From the NCBI GenBank assembly GCA_013239625.1, contig MU054220.1, forward strand, positions 6,742,626 through 6,790,224: DNA of 47,599 nt, read 5' to 3'. The notes below the pieces were generated by a model. That model saw only the letters and a program-made list of their open reading frames with translations, did not search any database and had not been told where the DNA came from. The DNA is from Lama guanicoe. Lineage: Eukaryota. Positions 38,340-47,599 of this stretch are shown piece by piece. The translations under genes and the position numbers were made by a program. How positions within the stretch are numbered: the first letter of the stretch is position 1; every line of letters begins with the position of its first letter.

Positions 38340-40345
38340 AAAATTTTTCATTTTAATCTACTTTATTTTTACTTTTATGCAAAAACTCTACACATTTTTA
38401 ACAGCATTGTAGAAGTATAATGTCATTAAATTCACAATTTGGAACTATACAATTCTGTGATTTTAAATAAATTTATAGCATGATACAACCTTTACTACAA
38501 TGCAGCTTTTTAAAATTTCAGTCACTCCAAAATTTCCCTCCTGCTTTGTTCATTTGTTCCTAACTCCCACGCTCAGCCCTGGGCAAACACTGATCTATTT
38601 TGTGTCTGTAACTTTGTCTTTTTGTGCATTTGATATAGATGGAATCATGCAATATGCAGTATTTTGCATCAGGCTTCTTTTACTTGGTATAATATTTTGA
38701 AATCCATCCCTGTTATAACATGTATCAGTAGCCCATTCCTTTTTATTGATGAAAAGTATTTTATTTTATGGTTCCATCACATTTTACTTATCACTTTTTC
38801 AGGTAATGGGCTTCAGATTGTTTCTGGTTTGGGCTACTTTGAATGTTGTTGCTATGAATGTTGGGTATATGTGTTTGTATGAACACATGTGTTCCTTTTT
38901 GGGGGGACAGGTTTTTTAAGAGTGGAATTGTTAAGTCATACAGGACATTTATATTTGACGCTATAACTGCCAAATTGTTCCCTAAAGTAGCTGTACCATT
39001 TTATATTCCTTCTAGCAATGTGTGAGCATTTTGGTTTCTCCACGTCCTTATCAACTCTTGATACTGTCTGTCTTTTATCAGAAGGTATGCTGTGATATCT
39101 CCTGGTGGTTTTAACTCATATTTCCCCAATGACTAAAGATGTTGAACATCTTTCTTTAATGTGCCTATTAGTTATTTATATATCTTCTTTAGTGAATGGT
39201 CTATTCAGATCATTGACCTTTTACATTGTTTGTTCATCTTCTTCTTAAGTTATAACTGTTCTTTATTAAAATTCTTTATCAGCTACATGATTATAAACTA
39301 TGTTGCTTGTCTTTCTGTTTTCTGATTGGTGCCTTTTGAAGTATGAAGGTTTTACATGTTGATGAAATCTAGTTATCATTTTTATTTCCTCTTATTGATG
39401 GGCTGTTAATGTTGTAAGCAGGAACACTTGTCCAATCCAAGGTAATGAAGAATTTCTCCTGTTTTCTTCTAGGACTTTTAATAGTTTTAGTTCTTACATT
39501 TAGGTTTATGATTGACTTTGTGTTAATTCCTGTATATAGTGACATAAAGGTCTAAATTTACGTTTGTCATGTGGATAGTTATTCCAAAATTATCTATGAA
39601 AAAGACTAAGACTTCCCCATTCAATGGTCTTGGCACTTTTGTCAAAATTAATTGATTGTAAATGTAAGACTTTTCTTTTGGACTCTCAATTCTCTGATAA
39701 TTGAGTTTTATCCTACCCTAGCAAAATGCTGCCTCGTTATTGTGGTTTTGTATTAAGTTTTGAAATCTGATAGTGTAAGGTCTCCAACTGTGTTCTTTTT
39801 CAAAACTGTTTCGCTAGTCTAGGTGTTTTACATTTTTATGTAACTTTTGGAAACAGTTTGTCAATTTTTTAAAATAAAACTTATTAGGATTTTGATAGGG
39901 ATTGCTTTGAATTGACATATCAATTTGGGGAGAATTATCATTTTAAATTATTGAGTACTCTAATTCATGAACATAACATATTTCTCCATGTATTTAAGAT
40001 CTTGTCCAATTTATTTGGCAATGTTTTATAGTTTTCATTACATATGTCTTGCACTTCTTTCGTTAGTTTTTTTTCTCAAGCAATTTATTATTTTAAGTAT
40101 ATTGTGAGTGATACCGTTTTCTTAATTGCACTTTGCAATTTTGTTCTTGTTGTTGTTGCTAATGTGTAGAAGTACAATTGACTTTTGTATATCGATCTTG
40201 TATTTTGCAAATTTGCTTTCCTTGGTTGTTAGTTCTAATGGGTGTGTGTGTGTGTTCCTTGGGATTTCCTATGTATAGGATCTTTTTGTCTGCAAATGAA
40301 AGAGGTTGTACCTTTTCCTATCTGGATATATTTTATTTATCTACA
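38340..40345 (-). mobile_element. Old L1M element (~2 kb: 3' UTR plus decayed ORF2 3' half)
   Basis: Collinear antisense L1 motifs: aatgactaaagatgttgaacatcttt, ttccccattcaatggtcttggcacttttgtcaaaatt, gattttgatagggattgctttgaatt and tctgcaaatgaaag. Many stops and indels. Confidence 0.9.
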
Positions 40346-41059
40346 TCCTCTGTTTGCACTGAGCATTGGGCATTTTCATTTTAGACCCTCTTTGCAAGTT
40401 TCACAGAAAGTGAAACATCAGTCTCTCCTAAAACTAGGTATTTCCATGTATTGATTCAGGACATACATGGGAATTATCCACATGTATTACACCTACCTGT
40501 TCCATTTTGTGTTCCTTCACAGTAATTAAAGTGAGATGGTCATCCCTGGAGAATAAGACTTCAGTGACCTGACATGCCATGGAAATGGGTGAAGATCAGT
40601 TTTTTACTTAACCAGGGATTGAGCAAAGAATGACAATTTCAACTCTTTCAGAAATTATGAAACTTCTTTCCTAATTTAGTTTGTAACCTATTGATTCGGC
40701 TCTATCTTTGGTAACTGATCATTGCTACAGATTTTAAAATCATCATTCCAAACATGAAATCTCAGTATAAAATCAAAGAATAAAAAGGGAGTGGATATGG
40801 AACATTGATATTACAAAAGTTAATTTAAAAATGTCCTTGTATTTGTTTTTAGAAGTAAATCATTTCTGGATATATTTCCCCCCTTCTCATAGAACTTGAA
40901 TGAGAATAGGAAAAGTGAGCTAACCTAATTCTTAATAATAATGGTAATAATGATAATAATGCTTGATGCTATTAAGCACCTGACAGCTAAAAAAAAATTT
41001 AAAAACTGAACTGTTATATATCTGAGCTTATTTGACATAATCAGTAATTTAATGTAGCA

Positions 41060-41880
41060 ATATTCAATATATCAAGTAAGATTTATTGAGTGCTTACTCA
41101 CACGTTGAGTCAAGTATTGTGTATGTAAGTTGGAAGGAAAAACCCTTAGCATCTGGGAACTTGTAATCCTCGGGGAGAATAGAATAGTAGATTATAGCTC
41201 AGTGAGTTGAGCGCCTCGAGAGAGGTTTTCAGAGATGTTATGGATATAGCAGAGGGAGATCATGTTAACCTTGCCTTGTTAAGCAGGATGGTGTTTGGAT
41301 ATAAACCACGCAGGTAGGATGGATGAAAGAAGTGAAATAATGAGAGAATTGACATCTGTTTGGTACTTCCTGCAAGTTAGGCATTGATTAAGACACTATG
41401 TAGATATTTTCATAGTTTTAAGGAAACACAGATAAACAAACCCAAATTCTGAAGCCCATGTGGTATAATTAACTTGGCTGAGTTCCTGACATGATCTCGT
41501 GTGTGTAGAAAGATGTGCAGACAGTAACGTTCAGTATGCTGTCAGAAGGGCATAGAAGTAAAGACTGGTGCTAATTATAAGGATGCTACCTATGATATGT
41601 ATTATGTTGTAATGATGGTAAGGAAAGTTGAAGGCCAGACCCGAGACACTGGCAGTGGGAAGAGAAAGAAGGATATGGTTCCAAGCATGTTAGACTTAGC
41701 ATTCGTAAAAACTGAAGAGGTAAACTGAATCTGCAATAAAAGGTAGAGATAAGAGTCAATAGGGATTCCCAGGTTTTTGACTTAGGCAAATTAGTAGATG
41801 ATGTTTGTCATTCACTGAGTAAAAGAGCTGAGTAGAAGGAGCTGAATTTGTGCAGGAGTAGGAGGATATCAGAGACCAGA
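41060..41880 (-). mobile_element. Fragmented L2 (may include an interrupting MIR)
   Basis: Reverse tail gatttattgagtgcttact, and gattcccaggtttttgacttaggcaaattagtagatgatg...cattcactgag. Confidence 0.55.
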
Positions 41881-44187
41881 AAGTAGATTTCCTCAATAAA
41901 ATGCTAAAGTCTTACTAAATCATGCATTTGTTGCATCAAAGTGTAGTTCTACTAAGATAATTAGACTGAGTCCTGCCAAGATAACCCCAAAGCAATACAT
42001 GATATCTATCAGGTTCATTGAGATCCAGGTATCCTTCTGTGTTAGAAAACTCTGACCAATTACGCTCAGCTTTCCTTATACAAAGAATCAGTCCTTGGAG
42101 AATCATAGTCTCAAAAACTCTTTTTTCCTTTGTTTCATTACCGTGGAAAAGCGTAATTGAGGTGAGGGATATTTCAGATAGCTGCCACCTGGATTTCCCT
42201 TCAGTTAGATAAATATTGTGTCAGTTTTCTGCCTGGTACAGACACTCTGGCAGGCGAGTCTTCTGAACGAGGCAAAGGCTTGATCAGGTTGGCTGTTCCA
42301 GCTCTTAATCCTTGTTTATTATACCATGGCAATTTGTCTTAGAACAGAGACAGCTGTCATTATACTAGTCTTGGATTAAACTAACTGTTGTAGACAAGGC
42401 TCAGAGTGAAAAAGAAACAGCAATCTTAGCTTGGGCATTGTGGTCCATCCAGCACTACAGCTTTTTCCTGACAGATGTCGTCATGAAGGAACCAAAGGTA
42501 TTCCACCTATGTGTGGAGAGCCATTTAAAGACCTGCACAGTCAACTCTTAATATAATATATTTTACAAGAAGTGTGATGGTGGAAAATATCAAACGTCCC
42601 TATGGAAACTAGTTCTGTGGAATTCTCAACTTTAAAGTCATTTCAAGGTTGTTTTCTAAGCCTAGAAATCCCCCAGGTATTTGCAATTAAATGGTCTTCC
42701 AGAACCGAACAATAGAAATTTTCCATTAGTAGATATTGTCCATATAGCGCTATTCTGTCGATGAGTATGATGTTAACAGTGGTGACTATTGATGAACATG
42801 GCTGAAAAACGTAGTAATAATTTTATCAACATATACATTATAGGTGATTCAGAATGTGGATCCAGTGGCTACCATTCTGAACTCTTGTCTTGCATTCAGT
42901 GTAACACCCACCCCTCAAACGAAAACAAAAAACAGAAAATAAAAAAATTCAGGCAGAGTAGTTTGTAAAGAGCCTCTAATATCTGTTAGGAATCTGTGAC
43001 AGTATAGGACATCTGGTTTTGTTTTTCACCTTTGCCTTTGGGTAACTCCTACTGTGTTGGCTGCTCTTTGATCTCAATGGAAAGCTGAGAGGGAAATCCA
43101 GGCAATCTGCACACAGATGCGGCGTGATTGTAATATTCTTGCTTTTACGTTCCAGTTCATCCTAGTTGCCTCTAGTGGCCTAAAGAAAAGGACCTGCCAT
43201 TTGCATTCCAAAAAGGAGCAGATGACAGTCAATATGTGTAAAACTTTTAAAGTCACCGCAAGCCTCAACTTTGATCTCTGAGCTTTACTCGCTACTTCAC
43301 CAGATTGGACCCAAGGCTCTCATCTTGTCCAAGTGGGTGACTCATTTCTCTTTGTACTGGGGGGTCCAAAAGGGGTCCTCTTAGGTTTTTACTTTCACTG
43401 TTATTCGTTTTGCATTAAATCGTTTTGATTACTTGTGTGGAAAGCAGCCTATATTCTAATAAGACATTTAATTATTAGTTTCACTGCTGGGAAATAAAAA
43501 TGTAGGTCATTTCTCTATTGAACACACAAAATCAAATAGTGCTGATGAAAGTCTTATTTTTATAACAGGCTCCTTTTCTTGATGTTTATCTGACAACCAG
43601 TTGGACTAGAGTTAAAGAGGAAGGTGCAGGTCACCCAGTGCACTTAGCTGATGGCATTCCCCTAGAAGCTGACAGAATAGTAGCAACGGGAGTCAGTTTT
43701 AATGAGCCTGGCACTCCTTGGAAAGAACATGGGCCATAAATTATCAGCCCTGGAGGAAGAGGCAAAAAGAAAGCGAGAAAGGAAATAAAAGAATTACGGG
43801 TGACATAATAAGATAGCCTCCAATGGAGAGCAATTAGGGCTCTTCTGGAAAAACATCCAAGAAATCCAAGAACTATGAGGACAGGAATTATGGACCCCTA
43901 ACGACAATCAGAACTGAGTGCTATAAATCTGATTAGGAAAGTAGGATCTGAGGGAAGGATATGTAATGTTTAATGCCAGAAAGAAAGAATTGTGTCTTGG
44001 ATTCCAAAATTCACCAGGCTGATCTGACCAATTAGATCTGACACTGTTAGGCTAACCATCCAAGTTGACCAAACTTCACCTTGCATGAAATGATGAACTC
44101 TGAGATCTTGAGGAAATGCTTTGGAAATTTTTTATGGAATTTTAGCATTCAAATAATCTATTTCAAGAAATTTGCATGAAGAAATTC

Positions 44188-44189
44188 TG

Positions 44190-44224
<35 letters not shown>

Positions 44225-44370
44225 GTTAAATACATATTATATATGATGCACTATATATATTATCTCTGTTACATTCAATATATATTATATATAATGCACT
44301 ATATATATATATTCTCTATATATGTTATATTTAGTGTATAGTGTATATAACGCACTACATATATTCTCTC
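44188..44370. repeat. (CT)n(AT)n microsatellite followed by duplicated AT-rich units
   Basis: Directly visible; the gcacta-containing unit recurs three times. Confidence 0.9.
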
Positions 44371-44859
44371 CCTCTCCAGAATATAGGGGCTTCTTCTACA
44401 CTTTACGTTTCCTTTCTTGCTTCATTTTTTCCTCTTTTTTCAACACAAACATTTTGCAGGGTGCAGGCTCCACAGATGTGTTGCAAACAAATAGGTAATT
44501 GAAAGCTTCTCTTGCCCTTTGGTGCCTTAATCTTCGATTATCCTAATGTTGGCAATTACAGTTTCCCATTATCCACAGAAGCTGCTTTTATGATGAGTGA
44601 AAATTAAATTGTGTGCTGGGATGTTTGCCTTTAGAGTCTTATTCTTCCTATAGAATACCTTATCACCTACGCATTTTTATGGCTTAGATTATAGAGTAAG
44701 GTATTTATTTTCTTTCCCCATTTGGATGCACTAAGGATCTTATAACACTTTAACACAGAGAACCAACCAATACAACAGCAGTGGTTGTATTGAAGGCTAT
44801 TTCTTTGCTGAAGCCCAGTTCACAAGATGTTATTGTCATCATTTTATTATTAATAATAC

Positions 44860-45066
44860 TACTGCTTTTGTTTACTAAGCACTCATAATATATTGGTATA
44901 TTCCAAAAATTTACATAACTATGTAAATTCTATACATGAAAAGACTGAGTCAGAGATTTTAAGTCAGAAGCCTAAGTCACATAAGTAGTAAAGTTTATGA
45001 AACCAGGACAAAAAAAAAAAAAAACCTGGTTATATGTGATTCAAAAACCCATGCACTTTCCACTAC
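44860..45066 (-). mobile_element. MIR SINE
   Basis: tttactaagcactc...atgaaaagactgagtcagaga...cctaagtcacataagtagtaa...gcactttccactaca. Confidence 0.7.
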
Positions 45067-45329
45067 ATTCTTTTATTACAAATTGAGATTAATAATAGAA
45101 GTGCAAATCTCCTTTCCCACTGCATTTGACATTTATTGAATTTAATAATCTTTGGAAGGTTATAACGTGAGCTAACAAAAAATACAAACAATTACATGTT
45201 ACACTGGGCAATACTTGCAATGCAATAGCAAGAGAAAATGTGATAAATGAATAAGAGAGAAAAGGTACATGTAGGTTGGAATTAAATTAAGTCTCATCAA
45301 TAAATATTGCTCTATTCTGAAGGGGTCAA

Positions 45330-45450
45330 AGCATTTACAATGGCTTCTATGTGTCTGATCTTCTTGGCATCCTAGCAGAGTGGGTATTATCCTCCCCATC
45401 TTACGCAGAAGGACATTGAGACCCAAGAGGGATGAGCAGCTGGCTTAAAG
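45330..45450 (-). mobile_element. MIR SINE fragment
   Basis: gggtattatcctccccatcttacgcagaaggacattgagacccaagaggg. Confidence 0.65.
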
Positions 45451-45464
45451 TAGATGGTCATTGA

Positions 45465-47030
45465 TATACTCATTCAAAATAGATTTGATAGATTCCATAT
45501 GATATTCACTGTATGTGCTAGGCTCTGAGGAAAGTTGTCAATTGGATAGTCAAGTTCTCTGTCCTCAACAAACTTACATTTCTGAAGGGAAAATAGTTTA
45601 GAGGTGATTAAATATAATAAGCCTGAGATATAATAAGCTTAAGACATAATAAGCATTAGTATTTCAAATAATTTTAGCTGCTTTGAAGGGAATGAAGTAA
45701 GGAATTGAAATAGTGACTAGAGCTGGGGTACATGAAGGGATAAGATGCTTTGGATAATGGAGTTGGCGAAAGCTTCTTTTAGTTGGTCACATCTGGAGTG
45801 GGGTCATTGGGAAGAAAAGGGGTAGACAAGAAAAAACCTTGGGAAGGCACCTTCCAGGAGAAGGAAGACCAAGCTCAAATACCCACAGGAAAGAATCAGA
45901 GTGCCTCACCTGAGGAACTAAAGGAAATCTGGTATTTCTAGAACATGGAGAATAAGGTTAGAGAAGAAGGCAAAGATCTGATTCTGTAGAGCCTCCCAGA
46001 AAATGAGAAGATTTTGGATTTTATTCTAAGTGAAATTGGAAGACATTGGAGGATTTAAGCAAGAAGACGGTATCTCATATAAATAGAAAAATTACTCTGG
46101 GTTATAAAGCCGTGTGTAGGTGTGTAAGTAGATCATTTAGGCAGTCATAGTAGCAATCCAAAGAAACCATGATGATGATTTGGGCTAGGGTGGTTGCAGT
46201 GGATTTGAAGAAGGTTGGGTGGATATATTTTGGAAACATAACCGAAAGGGCATGTTGATGGAGTGTGGGGATGAGGGAAATGGAAGAATTATGAGTAATT
46301 ATATGTGTTTGGTGAAGTCCCCAGGTAGGTGTTGGTGCCACTTACCAAGATGAAGAAGGCAGAGGAAGAAGCAGACTGCACAACTGGGACGTGAGAACCA
46401 GGAGTTCCATCTGGGACATGCTTATTTTGAAATGCTTATTAGACATCCATAGGAAGAGACTGTGTTTAATAAGTGAGTCTAACCTCACAGGAGAGATCAG
46501 GGCTGAAGATAGAAATTTGAGAGTCATTTGCATAGAAATATCATATAAAACCATTGGGCAAAATGAGATTATCTTGGGAGAGAGTGAGTATAATGAACTG
46601 ATGAAGATCCAGGCACCATGTTGGAGAGCTCCCACATTCTTAACTCACATGGAGAAGGAGCTCATCAAAGAGACTGAGATATTGCTGTTGTTGAAAAAGA
46701 TGAGAAACCCAGTGACACAGAAACACAGAGAAGAAAGAAGAGCGTATTCACTAATGTCAATTAATGCTGAAGGATCAAGTGAAATGAGGACAGATAAGTG
46801 AACAATGGATTGGTCCACACAAAGGTCACTGGTAACCTGGACAACAGTGATTTCAGTGAACAAGTTGAAATGGAAATCAGTGCTGAGTCTGGTAGAGAAT
46901 AAATAGGAAAGAAGAAAATGGAAGTAATGTATAGGGACAAAATTCTTAAAGGGTTTTGCTGTGAAGGGAAATAAAGAAAGAAGTAGCTGAAAAGGATGTG
47001 AATTAAAGGAGGAGTTGTTTAAATCTTTAC
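45465..47030 (-). mobile_element. Long L2 copy (~1.5 kb) with decayed RT
   Basis: The minus strand at about 46490-46540 translates YFYANDSQISIFSPDLS, a decayed form of the L2 motif YADDSQIYISSPDLS. Also ttttggattttattctaagtgaaattggaagacattggaggatttaagcaag. Confidence 0.88.
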
Positions 47031-47249
47031 TGTGAGCAATCTTATGTCTTCAAACAATTACTTTTTCATATTTTAACCTCGTACAATTCTAAAGGTCACA
47101 TGAATTTGAAAAAAAAATGGAAAGAAAAGTGTGGTCTTCCTACTTCAGGGGGAATAAGATAAGCAAATCTGAACAAACTGAGTAACAGTCTCCATTTATG
47201 GAGGGTCCACTTTGCAAGACATGATGCAGAACCTGGGGATATGGAGATA

Positions 47250-47599
47250 CATGCATTCACTGATTCAAAATGGAATGTTTAATGAGAATCTACTGATGTC
47301 AAGTACTATGCTAGGTGCTTGAGTTTCAATAGTGAAATAAATGAATAAGCAGAAAATATGTATTTCCTTATAAAGCTCTTATTTTAATGGGGAGGAGAGA
47401 GATGTATGATAAATAAAGGACTAAAATGAAAAGTTTCAGGCAAAATGTGCTATGAAGAAAAATACAGCAAGGGAGAGCTCTAGGTAGGACTGCAAGGTAA
47501 GGAGATGTAGAAATGTTAAAAGGTATAAACAAGAAAACCACAGTAAGAAAGTAACAGTTGAACAAAAATAGGAAGGAGAAACAATCCTGAGAAATACAG
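47250..47599 (-). mobile_element. L2 3' end running off the window edge
   Basis: cattcactgattcaaaa...tttaatgagaatctact...gtactatgctaggtgct...gtgctatgaagaaaaatacagcaaggg. Confidence 0.75.

Noticed and set aside
45001..45031. aaccagg-poly(A)-cctggtt hairpin
   Set aside because: The stem is only 7 bp and lies inside a MIR with an expanded A-run, so it is likely chance.
46102..46863. Cluster of overlapping ORFs (72-136 aa)
   Set aside because: All lie inside a decayed L2, and the RT motif is mutated (YAND) and lies in a different frame.
1..47599. The many 60-140-aa ORFs in the track as protein-coding genes or a novel system
   Set aside because: They have no recognisable domains, many start at non-ATG codons, and several derive from microsatellites or decayed repeats. 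This is what chance gives in mammalian non-coding DNA.
1..47599. CRISPR array, tRNA/rRNA genes, CpG island
   Set aside because: I saw no regularly spaced repeat-spacer array, no cloverleaf or rRNA motifs, and no extended CpG-rich region.

Overview
This is AT-rich, CpG-depleted mammalian non-coding DNA, either a large intron or intergenic. It is not prokaryotic: I see no operons, rRNA/tRNA genes or CRISPR arrays, and no recognisable host-gene coding exon. The window is a mosaic of eutherian interspersed repeats (L1, L2, L3/CR1, MIR, MaLR/MER21 LTRs, hAT and mariner MITEs) and microsatellites. The L1 3' UTRs look cetartiodactyl, and the youngest resembles camelid L1. I saw no Alu, B1/B2, BovB/Bov-tA, PRE-1 or SINEC. 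The only long ORFs come from one young L1 (about 25003-27310) with a twin-priming 5' inversion. That L1 probably also carries a ~370-bp 3' transduction, with the whole unit bounded by a degenerate 14-bp target-site duplication (TSD). Almost all other L1/LTR copies lie on the minus strand, which hints at an intron of a plus-strand gene, and there is a plausible 9-nt microexon at 37192-37200. I found no support for a novel multi-gene system. Repeat names come from recalled consensus motifs, not a database search, and most boundaries are approximate.
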